This document shows, piece by piece, positions 12,564-26,221 of a stretch of 64,000 bases of DNA; position 1 is the first letter of the stretch, and each line of letters opens with the position of its first letter. Both the position numbers and the translations under genes were made by a program. The stretch comes from Octopus vulgaris (Eukaryota): positions 26,474,001 to 26,538,000 of the forward strand of contig OX597834.1 of assembly GCA_951406725.2 (NCBI GenBank), written 5' to 3'. Below the pieces are notes generated by a model that searched no databases, had not been told where the DNA came from, and worked only from the letters and a program-made list of their open reading frames with translations.

Positions 12564-12782
12564 CCCTTTAGTGTTCAGATTATTCTATCAAACATAATGC
12601 TTATTGATTCCCATTGATTTGAATTAATCATGCATTATCTCATATCTTCAAGATCTTGATGGTGTAATTACTTAATGTAGAATAACATTGTAGGGTAGGT
12701 GTGAGGGCCTGGATCTGGTCAGCTTGAACATAAAACAGATTAGCTATTTTGGCCGGATATGGCTGGTTTAAATACTAAAGGG
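12564..12782. mobile_element. piggyBac-type MITE (family 2) inserted just after the exon splice donor
   Basis: ttaa|ccctttagtgtt ... aatactaaaggg|ttca. Reverse-orientation copy of 32516-32735. Confidence 0.7.
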
Positions 12783-13135
12783 TTCAATAAACGTTTGTCA
12801 CAGATGCTGCTGCTTCTGCCGCTTCTGCTTCAACTTTCAGATCCGGTCTTTGAACTCTCATAAAGTAGGATGGCATCATATAACTGTCATATCTTATGAC
12901 ATGGTGTGATGTGAGTGAATAAAAATAGTGACTTCTTGGGATGATGTAACAGTGATTTACATTTCATGACTCAACATGGACAAAGTCGGTAGATGCTGAC
13001 ACAGGATGGGCGTAACAGGAACGTCTTTCATTCAAACTCTGCTTGATCAAAGCTAGCCTGAAACTAAAGATAATATTGCAGCTGTGAAAAGAAGGGCCAG
13101 TAGCTGGGATACTGTCCTAGCTATGCTGGGTTAAC

Positions 13136-13331
13136 ATAGGCAGTGTATTTTAACAGAAATGGTTAATTCTACCATCCAAGAACAGGAAGAGTTCCTTGGC
13201 ATGATTTCCACATAGTTACCATCCATGTGAATGGAATTTGGTAGATGGTAACTATGTAGAAATCATGCCAAGGAACTCTTCCTGTTCTTGTATGGCAGAG
13301 TTAACCATTTCCGTTAAAATACATTGCCTAT
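13136..13331. repeat. 88-bp near-perfect inverted repeat with 20-nt spacer
   Basis: Arms 13136-13223 and 13244-13331, 6 mismatches by manual comparison. Confidence 0.9.
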
Positions 13332-13670
13332 ATTTTAATTAATTCTGAAAATAATGAAGAATTTATTAAAATAACTTTGTCATTTATACAGCTGATGATC
13401 TGAACATAAATTAACATTAAATTTTAAGCTTACAGGCATATTATGTTGAATGCACTGGTTCTTGACCAATCACCAAAGTTAAGCTCAATGTAGTTGTCAG
13501 CTGTCTGCTCAAAATGAGGAATAGATAGACAGCGGAAAACTGATGAAGGGTCGGTTTTTTTTCATGTTACTTGTCCTGCTTTCCATTTGTTTCTCTTGTT
13601 GTTTGCATATTGAACTAATTTGTTTTTGTATTTCATGTTGTTTACTGTTGGTGACGTCCTGTACCCATAT

Positions 13671-13735
<65 letters not shown>

Positions 13736-14769
13736 GTCACCACCTAAGTGCTTTATTATTCAAATATATATATATATGTGTGTATGTATGTATATAATGT
13801 ATGTATATATATATATAAATGCATATAATCAAATAATAATATTATTTATATTATTATTTGATTGAATCCATTTTCAAGTAAGTTTATATATATATATTTG
13901 AATACTAAAGCACTTAGGTGTATAGGTGGTGACTAATCAGCCTCAAATTGCCAGAGGCACGTAACCTCTCCACAACTGGAGGAATTGGCTATTTGGGTTT
14001 GATGAGTTACTTATATTTGAATTTGTATGATATAAAAGTGCATTTGCTATATATATATATATATATATACATATATATTATAAATAGATGAGTGTATTTT
14101 TACCTTGTTAACAATTAACACGAAAAAAAAAAATAAATAGTTACCAGGGCAGCAAAAATCTCACAAGTAAAGGTGTTGTAACTCCTTGTTTATAAAGGTA
14201 GAAACTTCGTGTTTACGTTGAATATTTTGAATAATATGAATAGTATCAGTGGAATTTTCGAAACATGTGTCGAAAGTAAAAATATTTGATTACACCTGCG
14301 TTAAGTCCATTTTTTTATTCATATATATATATATATATATACATACATACATGTGCTAATTACATGTATATGTTAGTGTGTGTGCTAATTACTGTTGATT
14401 TACCAAAGAACTGATTAATATACTACATGTATATGTATATAAGCGTGTATACTGTATTGCTATACATACACATGCATACATACTTGTATGCCTGTATCTA
14501 TATATCTGTACATATGTACATTGTAGTTTAGGAGGAGGGAAAAGAAACAAGAACCTTTGTATACTGAACATTATAATTATATAAACTGTAATGCATGGAA
14601 TGAGGTGGGGTTATATAAACAAAATTGATGTTTATACAACCTCTTTATAAACACCAGCTATAAATAGTAAAGATTTCATAGACCAGTAAGAAATTGGGTG
14701 AAGGTGTATAACTAGTATTCATTTAACTTACTGAGACCATTTACACACAGTATATATACTGTATATATA

Positions 14770-15930
14770 CACCCCACTGAGCTGATACTGAGTACAAATT
14801 CAATTAACACTGAATAAAAATTATATTTATGCAGAGCATAGATTGAACATTGACCAGAGTTACATTGAGCTTATGTTAACCTTACACTAAGTTTTCTTTG
14901 ATAATGAACTCAGCTGTCAATCATTGAGTATATGCTGAGCTTACACTCATTTTACACTGAGCTTTCCTTGATGCTTATTCTGAGGATTAGTTAAGCTTGC
15001 TCTGAAAAGTCACTGAGTTTACTTGAAGCTCATGTTGATCTTACACTGATTTTTGTTAACAGGTTGATAACACCCTCAGCTTAGCTCAAGCTCAGTCTGA
15101 GTTTAGATTGAGTTTACTTTGAGAGCAGCAATCAATCATTGAATATATACACTGAGCAATTAGTGAACATACATTGAGATTACAGTGAATTTACTTTGAG
15201 AATAGTTTGAGCAATCACTTATTGAATATATATTGAGCTTAAACTGAGCTAGATCTGAACTTGCAGTGAGAATTAACTAAACTTACACTGAACCTATTAT
15301 GAGAAAAAGATGAGATTACACTAAATAAATACTGAGCTTACACTCATCTTACATTGAGCTTACTCAGAATTTACACTGACAATTAATTGAGCTTTCACTG
15401 AACATTCACTTTGCTTGCCTTAATTTCATCCTGAGCTTACACTGATCTTACATTGAGTTTAAACTGAGATTAGCATGAGATTACATTGGGTTTGAAATAA
15501 GCATTAGATTCTGCTTATAATAATAATAATGATAAAAACATTGTGTACAGTGCTCAGGTGCACTACAACTCATCTAAAGTGTATGTATAATCAATGTAGT
15601 TTCGGCGGATTTCGGAAAGCACGAGGGCCTTAAAGGATGCAGTGTCATGGCAGTCAACAACTGACGCAGGCAGTTTGTTCCATGCTTCAGCAACTCTGAG
15701 CCTGAAAAAATGTTTCCGAAGGTCATGGGAGCTGTGTTGTTTTCTGACTTTGTAGGCATGTCCACGTGTGTTAGACACATGAAGATCAAAAAGGTGTTCA
15801 GTGTTGTTGTTGGTGAAGTGGTTAATAACTTTGTGGGTGTTTACCAAGTCCATCGCCAGATGCCGGAGCTTCAGTGAGTTTATTCTGAGTTTGGTCTGGT
15901 CTTGCACTGAACTTATTCTGAGCTTACATT
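14770..15930. repeat. Degenerate short-unit satellite (gagcttacact-like) interrupted by a CR1
   Basis: Dozens of ttacactgag/gagcttacact variants. Confidence 0.65.
15518..15875 (-). mobile_element. CR1-type LINE 3' end
   Basis: ORF 15563-15907 contains LKLRHL..DL...HKVI...TRGHAYKV...RKHFF.LRVAEAWNKLP. Same family as 46540. Confidence 0.8.
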
Positions 15931-16489
15931 CTTGTCAATTCTGTTTCGCAATTACTTTAGTTTGTGAGGTGCCTCAGTCATTTCAGTAAAAGCAATTAAA
16001 GCTTTATGTGTTTAGCAGAGCAATTAATAAATAATTATGATAACTGAAGAAAGAGAAAAGTAATTTCATATTCAAATATATCTAACAATAAGATCCATGA
16101 AAATAGAATTAGGTTTATAAATAACAAAAAAATAAATAAAATAAAATTTCATTTTAATTTCACTGCTGAAATTGTTTGTGTTAATTATCTGTTAATTATC
16201 TGTAAATTATCTATTAATTATTTCACACATCTGTTTTTTTTATGCTATGTTTATTTTTGAAGTCTGATATCTCTTGCTTGTCTCGCATTTGTCACTTGAC
16301 TGTTTGTCATATCACATAGTTGCCTCTCACGTCACTCACCTTGGTCATCACCGCACCCCCTTGGCTCATGATACAGTATCTACTGTTCAATTGTCATTTA
16401 TATATTGTTTTATCTTTTACTTGTTTTAATCATTGGGCAGTGGTCATGCTGGGGCATTGCCATGTTTATGTTACATGCTTATTTTTTAC

Positions 16490-17170
16490 TTCCCATATCT
16501 GTTCCCATTCTCCATTTGTTTCTCATGTCACAGAGTGTCACCCATGTTACACATCTATTATTCATGTCATTCATTTGCAGTTCATGTCACACATCTGTTT
16601 TTCAGGTCACAAAGTTTTTACCCATGTCCCACATCTGATTTTCATGTCACACCTCTTCTGATTCTGTTACACATCTCTTTGTCATGTAACAGAGATTTAT
16701 TACCCATGTCTCACATCTGTTGCCCATGACACACCTTTCCTGTTCATGTCACACGTCATGTAACAAAATTATTACTCATGTTACACATCTGTTATTCATG
16801 TCACAAAGTTTTTACCCATGTTCCACATCTTATTTTCATGTCACACCTCTTCTGATCCTGTTACACATCTCTTTGTCATGTAACAGAGTTTTATTACCCA
16901 TGTCTCACATCTGTTGCCCATGACACACCTCTCCTGTTCATGTCACACGTCATGTAACAAAATTATTACTCATGTTACACATCTGTTATTCATGTCACTC
17001 ACCTGCTGTTCATGTCACATATCTGTTTTTTATGGCACTGAATTGTTTCACATGTCACACTTTTGCTTGTTCGTGTCACACATCTGTTAATCATGTCACA
17101 CATTTCTTTGTCATATACCAGCATTTTTACCCATGTCACATATCTTTTGCTTCTGTTACACATCTGTTTC
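16490..17170. repeat. Degenerate catgtcacacatctgtt minisatellite with 194-bp higher-order duplication
   Basis: Matching landmarks at 16607/16801 and 16721/16915. Confidence 0.8.
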
Positions 17171-17471
17171 TCATACACCAACCAACACCAGATGTCAAAC
17201 GGTGGTGGGAGGACAAACATAAGCATAAACACACACACATGTATAATGAGTTTCTGCACAGTTTCCACGAATTGTATTCACTCACAAGACATTGCTCAGC
17301 CTGGGGCTTTAGTTGAAGATACTTGCCCAAGGTGCTGTATTGTGGCACTGAATCCAAAACCATGTGACCGCAAGACAAACTTCTTAACCACACAGCTATG
17401 CCTGTATCTATTGCATCTACTTCTAATTATTCAAATATATAATTATGGTTTTTCTTCTCTTTCTTTGCCAG

Positions 17472-17519
17472 GAGCACCAAAGTATTCCAAGTAAACTCAG
17501 GAATATATTGACTCAGTGA
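17472..17519 (+). CDS. Probable terminal coding exon of the S1 homolog (EHQSIPSKLRNILTQ*)
   Basis: Strong polypyrimidine acceptor ttttcttctctttctttgccag, phase 0 matching the previous exon, TGA stop, AATAAA about 50 nt downstream. Confidence 0.55.
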   Translation, partial: EHQSIPSKLRNILTQ

Positions 17520-17570
17520 AGAACTTTATGTTGCAAATAATGGCAGTTGTGATTCCTGATTTCCTTATGA

Positions 17571-17576
17571 AATAAA
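17571..17576 (+). promoter_or_regulatory. Putative polyadenylation signal AATAAA
   Basis: AATAAA downstream of the predicted stop, followed by T/GT-rich sequence. Confidence 0.4.
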
Positions 17577-17800
17577 ACAAGCTGTTCTTTGAAATTGTTT
17601 CAAAATGAATTATGTATCGAAAAAAATGTATTTACATTCTTATTTATCTCACAGTGAGGCTTTCTAATATTTAAAAAATAATAATTTTCATATGTTGAAG
17701 CATACACACAGCACACAGTCCAACAGGAATGGAAGCATTTAACATGAATTTGCTTTAATACCACATCCAACTTATCATTTATCCACTACCTCTTCATATA

Positions 17801-18218
17801 CTCTTTACTCTTTTACTCTTTTATTTGTTTCAGTCATTTGACTGCGGCCATGCTGGAGCACCGCCTTTAGTCGAGCAAATAGACCCTGAGACTTATTCTT
17901 TGTAAGCCCAGTACTTATTCTATCGGTCTGTTTTGCCGAACCGCTAAGTGACGGGGACGTAAACACACCAGCATTGGTTGTCAAGCAATGCTAGGGGGAC
18001 AAACACAGACACACAAACACACACACACATACATATATATATATACATATATATGACAGGCTTCTTTCAGTTTCCGTCTACCAAATCCACTTACAAGGCA
18101 TTGGTCGGCCCGAGGCTATAGTAGAAGACACTTGCCCAAGGTGCCACACAGTGGGACTGAACCCGGAACCATGTGGTTGGTTAGCAAGCTACTTACCACA
18201 CAGCCACTCCTGCGCCTA
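17801..18218 (-). mobile_element. SINE family A, full length
   Basis: Reverse complement of 22699-23120. Others at about 121-495, 7385-7865, 11674-12080, 24134-24540, 25755-26158, 37568-37975, 43440-43820, 44040-44365, 51210-51630, 52865-53330, 61030-61340. Confidence 0.85.
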
Positions 18219-18589
18219 GCCATCTTTCTGTTTCAACAAGCAATTGTGTAAGCAACCACTTTAAGGATGATATCATAACTTTGTCTGCTCCTTCTATCTT
18301 TCTCTTCACCCCTATCAGTTCTCCTTCCCCCACCTTGTTTTAAATGCATAATTTATTGCTCGTGCCAATTGTTGGAATTATCAACACAAGAGCGATGAAA
18401 GAAAGGATGTCCTGGCAGCATTCTCCATTGAGAAACCGGTGAAATACCAAATTTGGTAACACAGAGCCATAGAAATGAGATTAAATAAGGGACGATATCA
18501 CCATTGTGGCCGGACAATAACCACGGGTTATGAGAATAGAAAGGGACAGTGACTGATGGGATCAGGTGGGGGAGCAGACTGTTGAGTGG

Positions 18590-18965
18590 CAAATGGGTGG
18601 ATGTGTGGATAGAGGGATGGATGGACAGATGGATGGAGGGATGGATGGAGGGATGGAGGGATGGAGGGATGGATGGATGGATGGAGGGATGGATGGATGG
18701 ATGGATGGATGGATGGATGGAGGGATGGAGGGATGGATGGAAGGATGGATGGATGGATGGATGGAGGGATGGATGGATAGGTGAATGGGTGGGTGGATGG
18801 ATGGATGAGTGGACAGATAGATACATGGACAGATGGATAGATAGAGAGATGGCCGGGTAGATGGATGGATTGAGGGTAGGAGGAAGGGATGGGTAGATAG
18901 TCGGGTAGGTGAATGGGTTGGTGGATGGATGGATGAACAAATTGGTGGATGGTTGGGTTGATGGA
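18590..18965. repeat. (GGAT)n/(GGAG)n tetranucleotide microsatellite
   Basis: Direct observation. Confidence 0.95.
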
Positions 18966-19082
18966 TCATATTCATTAATTAATAGCTGTTTCAGCTATGA
19001 GAAGCATTGTATTCAGAGGTAAGTGCTTGTGCAACATTTTATAGGTTCCTCAGAGCCATTTACATTAAGTATGTGTTTATTG

Positions 19083-19385
19083 GTGGAGGCATATGGCCTA
19101 GTGGTTAGAGCAGCAGACTCGCAGTCATGGGATCACAGGTTCGAATCTCAGACCGAGCAATGTGTGTGTTTATGAGTGAAACACCTAAGCTCCATGTGGC
19201 TCTGACAGAAGGCAATGGGGAACTTCTGCTGACACTTTCGCCACAACTTTCTCTCACTCTTTCCTCCTGCATCTTGCAGCTCACCTGTGATGGACCAGTG
19301 TCCCGCCCAGGTGGGGAACCTATATGCCAAAGAAACTGGGAAACCAGCCCTTATGAGCCAGGCATGGCTCGAGAAGGAACAAACA
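19083..19385 (+). mobile_element. SINE family D-related with a third tail type
   Basis: Diverged family D head and body, then cctgtgatggaccagtgtccc tail. Confidence 0.7.
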
Positions 19386-19522
19386 TTGCGTTTATTGAGG
19401 AAAGCTTTTAAATACATGGGGTTGGTTACATGCAGAACCATATACAATATAATACAATTTGAGGGGGAAAACCCTACACAGAGGCTAATTTGAATATGTA
19501 TATTTTTAAACCAGAAAAAATG

Positions 19523-19570
<48 letters not shown>

Positions 19571-19649
19571 ATAGACTGTCCCATCAAAGATGACACATGA
19601 GTGTTCAACTTTAGCCTGCACAAATGATTTGTTTATAGTGATCAAATGT

Positions 19650-19985
19650 GAAGGTGCATGGCTCAGTGGTTAGAGCATCGAGCTTACCATTGTGAGGTTG
19701 TAAGTTCAATTCCTGGACTGGGCTGCATGCTGTGTTCTTGAGCAAGACACTTTATTTCACGTTGCTCCCGTTCACTCAGCTGTAGAAATTAGTTGCAATG
19801 TCACTGGTGCCAAGCTGTATCGGCCCTTTTGCCTTTCCCTTGGATAACACTGGTGGTGTGGAGAGGTGAGGCCAGTATGCATGGGTGATTGCTGGCCTTC
19901 CATAAACAACCTTGCCCAGACTTGTACCTCGGAGGGTAACTTTCTAGGTGCAATGCCATGGTCATTCATGACCAAAGGGGGTCTA
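19650..19985 (+). mobile_element. tRNA-derived CORE-like SINE family E
   Basis: tggctcagtggttagagc A-box, gttcaattcc B-box, gtgttcttgagcaagacact core. Related minus-strand copies near 6540-6730, 31850-32070, 34720-34910, 50800-51040. Confidence 0.65.
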
Positions 19986-20149
19986 AGAAGTAATCAAATG
20001 TATGGGCTGTGAAAGCATGCCAAAACAGACAATGGAGCCTGGTGTGGCCCCCACCAGCCGTACCAGCTCCTTTCATTCTGTCAAACTGCCCAACCTGTGC
20101 CAGCGTGGAAAATGGACCTTAAAAGCTGATGATAATGATGATGATATAT

Positions 20150-20251
<102 letters not shown>

Positions 20252-20659
20252 CAGGCTTTGGTTGACCCGGGGCTATGGTACCTCATCACCCCTATTTATC
20301 TCTTCAGCGGTACTACTTGTTCATTGTCGCTCTCCCCTGTAAATACGAGTAATTATGTAACTCCTCCACAATAAGGGCCTGCTTTACTCCAACCCCCTCC
20401 TCTCATACCTTAACCCTCATCCAGCGTAAATAAGCTCTCCCACCTACCCACTCCTTCGGTTTTGTTGATCTGCGAGCTGCATAGCAACCCCACTCATGCT
20501 GGTGAAACGGAAGAACACCCAGTGCACACTGTAAAGTGATTGGCACAAGGTAGAGCATTTGGCCATAGAAACCATGCCAAAGTAGACACTGAAACATGGT
20601 GCAGTTCTTGGGCCCATGGGATCCTGTCAAACTGTCCAACCTCTGCCAGCATGGGACAA

Positions 20660-20908
20660 GTTGATGATCTTGATGATGATGAATAGGGATAATGATTGAG
20701 CTTGCTTGTCATAGAAGTTATAAGACAAAACTAATATTTAGCTTTAGAACAGGGTGGCCATGGCAAGAATGTCTTCTCAATAATGTTGATGATCTTGATG
20801 ATGATGAATAGTGATAATGATTGGCATTGCCTGTCATAGAAATTATAAGACAAAACTAATATTTAGCTTTAGAACAGGGTGGCCATGGCAAGAATGTCTT
20901 CTCAATAA
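20660..20908. repeat. 125-bp tandem duplication
   Basis: gttgatgatcttgatg...cttctcaataa at 20660 and 20785. Confidence 0.85.
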
Positions 20909-21209
20909 GAATTAAACTACAACAACAATGACAACAACAGCCTCTGCAGAACCATTATAAAAGTTTATATGCTAAAATATATTCAATTCTGCTGTAACAG
21001 AGATCAGAAGTTAAATCTAAAATTTAGCAGTGAAGCATGTCTGGCATCTGCATTTCTTGTAGAACCAGTTGGTAACTACAGGTCTGGTCAAAAAACTTGC
21101 TATTTTGGTAACTGGACATGTTATTTTCTTAAATTGAGGTTTTAACCTGAAATTCCTATATACAGGAAGATTTAAAAAAAAAAAATCGTTGTTTGTTATT
21201 ATTATTATT

Positions 21210-21492
21210 ATGGCCATTGCCAGCCTCGTCTGGCCCCTGTGCCGGTGGCATGTAAAAAATACCATCCGATCGTGGCCGTTTGCCAGCCTCGTCTGGCACC
21301 TGTGCAGGTGGCACGTAAAAAGCACCCACTACACTCACGGAGTGGTTGGCGTTAGGAAGGGCATCCAGCTGTAGAAACACTGCCAGATCAGACTGGAGCC
21401 CAGCGCAGCCTTCTGGCTTCCCAGACCCCAGTTGAACCGTCCAACCCATGCTAGCATGGAAAACGGACGTTAAACGATGATGATGATGATGA
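21210..21492 (+). mobile_element. SINE/LINE-tail family C ending in (GAT)n
   Basis: ggcgttaggaagggcatccagc...catggaaaacggacgttaaac(gat)n. Minus-strand copies at about 3763, 6926, 7890, 8505, 26592, 28165, 36600, 40160, 61436-62780. Confidence 0.75.
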
Positions 21493-22075
<583 letters not shown>

Positions 22076-22347
22076 AGTTAGCATCCAATTATTGCTATTA
22101 GGCAAGTTGGCAGAATGGTTAGCATGAAGGACAAAATGCTCATTGACAGTTCTTCTGACATTCTGAGTTCAAATTCTGTGGAGGTCAACTTTGCCTATCA
22201 TCCTTTTAGGGCTGATGAAATAAGTACCAGTCAAATACCAGGGTCCATGTAATTTACTTGACACTTCCCCTAAAATGTTGCACCCCACCACACACAGAGA
22301 TATAATATATTCATGCATGTAAATATATATATATATATATATATATA

Positions 22348-22871
22348 TAGGTAAGGGGGCTCCGAAAGGGGTCTCAGGGAGTAGCGACCCTGCCTTCCTG
22401 AGCTAGTTTTCCACCACATTTCTTAAAAATCGTGGTAGAGGCCTTGGTCTTGGGACCACTCATATCTAAAAACTTAGTTTGGTGGTAAGCAAGGGCAAGC
22501 TCTCAGTAGAAAATCCAGCTCCAAAAATGCTTCATGATAGCAAAGGAGAATGGGCACCAGCCAGCACAAAGGTTGGAGCAGTGGAGGAGAGTGGCCTTGA
22601 CCTGGTTTCAGAAACAATATGGGGGCTCTGCATTGTCTGATACCTGAGATCAACTCCACAAAGAGAAGTTTATGGGGGAAACATGTTCAAGGTATACATA
22701 GGCGCAGGAGTGGCTGTGTGGTAAGTAGCTTGCTTACCAACCACATGGTTCCAGGTTCAGTCCCACTGCATGGAATCTTGGGCAAGTGTCTTCTGCTATA
22801 GCCTCGGGCCGACCAATGCCTTGTGAGTGGATTTGGTAGACGGAAACTGAAAGAAGCCTGTCGTATATATG

Positions 22872-22904
<33 letters not shown>

Positions 22905-23265
22905 ATGTTTGTGTGCCTGTGTTTGTCCCCCTAGCATTGCTTGACAACCGATGCTGGTGTGTTTACGTCCCCGTCACTTAGCGGTTCGGCAAAGAGACCG
23001 ATAGAATCAGTACTGGGCTTACAAAAGAATAAGTCCCGGGGTCGAGTTGCTCGACTAAAAGGCGGTGCTCCAGCATGGCCGCAGTCAAATGACTGAAACA
23101 AGTAAAAGAGTAAAAGAGTATATGATGTGTCCTAACCGGTGAAGGTGGTGTCATGCCATGGTAACTTCAGTTCAAGAATAAAATAAGTGCAGCCCAGACT
23201 GTTTTTGGAAAACTCTCAAACCGAGTCTTCCTAAACCACGACCTGACCATGCAAAGGAAAACCAT
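22348..23265 (+). mobile_element. RTE-like LINE remnant (structured 5' end and RT fragment) split by a SINE
   Basis: Starts after (TA)n. The fragment SAAQTVFGKLSNRVFLNHDLTMQRK resembles RTE A..AFG.L..RVW....L...TK. Confidence 0.45.
22699..23120 (+). mobile_element. tRNA-derived CORE-type SINE, family A (full-length example of the dominant family)
   Basis: A/B-box-like head ggcgcaggagtggctgtgtggtaag...ggttcagtccc, CORE-like cttgggcaagt, internal (TA)n(TG)n, tail (gtaaaaga)n. More than 20 copies in both orientations. Confidence 0.85.
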
Positions 23266-24606
23266 GGTATTCCATGGTTTTCATGGAATATGGTGGCGAG
23301 CTGGCAGAAACGTTAGCACGTCGGGTGAAATGCTTAGCGGTATCTCGGCTGCCATTACGTTGTGAGTTCAAATTCCGCCGAGGTCGACTTTGCCTTTCAT
23401 CCTTTCGGGGTCGATAAATTAAGTACCAGTTACGCACTGGGGTCGATATAATCGACTTAATACCTATATTTGTCCATGTTTGTCCCCTCTATGTTTAGCC
23501 CCTTGTGGGTAATAAAGAAATAGGTATTCCATGGTTTTCCATCATCCTTTCCACATTTCTCTACCAGAGCTGGATTTATAGGGATGTGGAGGGGGCAATT
23601 GCCCCAGGCATCTAGATATTGGGCACTTCCTGCTGAGAAGGGTATGTAGTACTCCCAGCAATCAGGCATGAAAAGACTCAATATTTAAAGGTATTTTGAC
23701 TTTTTTAAAAAATGTAATGAATCCTCTTTTTATGATAAATAAAAATAGATTTTTGCCACTTTGGAGATGCCAAATAATTCAATTAAAAAACAGTTTATAC
23801 CCAGTCCAAAAGCATTTATAATTCCCAAGGGCTTTTGGGACAACAGAAAAAAAATGGAAAAAACAGAACACTCCTGACAATGTATGTATTTATCTGTGAG
23901 TGTATGTGAGTTTGTGTGTGTAAGTATGAATGTATAAAGAGATTGATAGACAAACGTTATTGTTTTTATGAATGTATAAAGAGATTGATAGAAAAATGTT
24001 ATTGTCTCAAATTCTTTCTTTCAATGCTTGTCTGAGCTTGACCTTGGCATACACACACACATCTCTATTTCTAAACAGTTCTTATTTTATGAAGCAAGTA
24101 AATAAAGAAAACGTTTGAATTTAGTCTTATTTACAGGAGTGGCTGTGTGGTAAGTAGCTTGCTAACCAACCACATGGTTCCGGGTTCAGTCCCACTGTGT
24201 GGCATCTTGGGCAAGTGTCTTCTGCTATAGCCCCGGCCCGACCAATGCCTTGTGAGTGGATTTGGTAGACAGAAACTGAAAGAAGCCTGTCGTATATATG
24301 TATATATATATGTGTGTGTGTATGTGTTTGTGTGTCTGTGTTTGTCCCCCTAGCATTGCTTGACAACTGATGCTGGTGTGTTTATGTCCCCGTTACTTAG
24401 CGGTTCGGCAAAAGAGACCGATAGAATCAGTACTGGGCTTACAAAGAATAAGTCCCGGGGTCGATTTGCTCAACTAAAAGGCGGTGCTTCAGCATGGCCG
24501 CAGTCAAATGACTGAAACAAGTAAAAGAATAAAAGAGTAAAAAAACAACATCTCTCAACAGCTAAAAGCATTCTTTTTCAGATTTCAGCTTTAGAATTAT
24601 TGCATA

Positions 24607-25109
24607 CTAGCAGTATCGCCCGGCGTTGCTCGGGTTTGTAAGGGAAATAACTATATAAGCATTTTTAGAGAGTTACTTCCCTTATAAATTCGGGCTTTCT
24701 TAGCCATTTTTGTTTTGGTGTCTTCAAGCCATGAAGTCATTCTAAAAGAACGCTGGTTTCCTTCACAACGCATTACGACGTTGATTTCTTTACACTCCCT
24801 TCCCCACAGCTTCACGAGGGAGGGAAGGGGGTGAAGCAAACAGGTGCAGCTGTGAGCGTGGACGCCAACTCCACCGCCATCGACACACGATGCATTTTAT
24901 GCATTAAAATGGAATAAAAAATGATGTTAAATTATTTTTAAAATCGTAGACTCATCGTTGACGCGCGCTAATAGTCAGACGGGCTCGATATGAATCATGA
25001 CTATAAGATACCCGAATTTGGTCAAACTGCACCGCAAAATGTGGGAGGAGTTAGGAATCTAAATCGAAGGGGACAGACACTCACACAACTAGAGTTTTAT
25101 ATATATAGA
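24607..25109 (-). mobile_element. Non-autonomous Helitron
   Basis: Minus strand 5' a|TCtatatatataaaa and 3' hairpin cccg-agcaacgc-cggg followed by CTAG|t. Confidence 0.8.
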
Positions 25110-26187
25110 TATATATTCAAATGTTTCATTAAATGGAACCTTTTTTTTCTTTCTTACATTTTCCACATATTTTTCATCATTCTGTGGAACACATGGAATT
25201 ACTCAATGGAAGTGGGGCAAAATTGGTAACTGTGTCCAATTTCTGGTTTCTTGTTATTGTCTCTCATTTTGCACCATTGCATCATCTTTGGAAGTAAAAT
25301 TTGGTCAGTATATTTTACATCAGGGGTTCTCAACTAGGGTTCATACAAAATTTCTGGAGGTTCACAGATGAAATGCAGTAAACTGGGGGTCCACAATAAT
25401 TTTCTAGGGGCCATGAAAAGTTGTGCTATAGACCAGTAATTTTCAATGTGGACCCTGTACAATGGTGCACTGAGACTAAGAAACCCCTTTTAAAAAACAC
25501 CCTGAAATATGTTGCTAGAAATCATGTCTTTACTAATTTATTTACTAATTTACTTTTCAAAACAAGAATAAAGAAAAAATATATATAAAAAAACAACAGC
25601 ATATATCTATGAAGCTGGTCATAAAAAATTCCTTTGGAAATTCCCTAGAAAGATGAAAGAAATTATACTGAGAAAAAGTAACATCAGCAACAACAACAAC
25701 AGCAACAAAATTTTAAGAATACATTCATACATACTTCTTTTTTTTCTTTTTTTTTTCTTTTTTACTTGTTTCAGTCATTTGACTGCAGCCATGCTGGAGC
25801 ACCGCCTTTAGTTGAGCAAATTGACCCCGGGACTTATTCTTTGTAAGCCCAGTACTTATTCTTTCGGTCTCTTTTGCCAAACCGCTAAGTGATGGGGACT
25901 TAAACACACCAGCATCGGTTGTCAAGCAATGCTAGGGGGACAAACACAGACATACACACACACACACACACATATATATACATATATACATATATACGAC
26001 AGGCTTCTTTCAGTTTCCGTCTACCAAATCCACTCACAAGGCATTGGTCGGCCCGGGGCTATAGCAGAAGACACTTGCCCAAGATGCCATGCAGTGGGAC
26101 TGAACCCAGAACCATGTGGTTGGTTAGCAAGCTACTTACCACACAGCCACTCCTGCACCTACATACATACATACATACATACATACA

Positions 26188-26221
<34 letters not shown>

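Noticed and set aside
13500-13580. ctgatgaaggg hammerhead-like box (also 55198, 49653)
   Set aside because: No downstream GAAA with closable helices.
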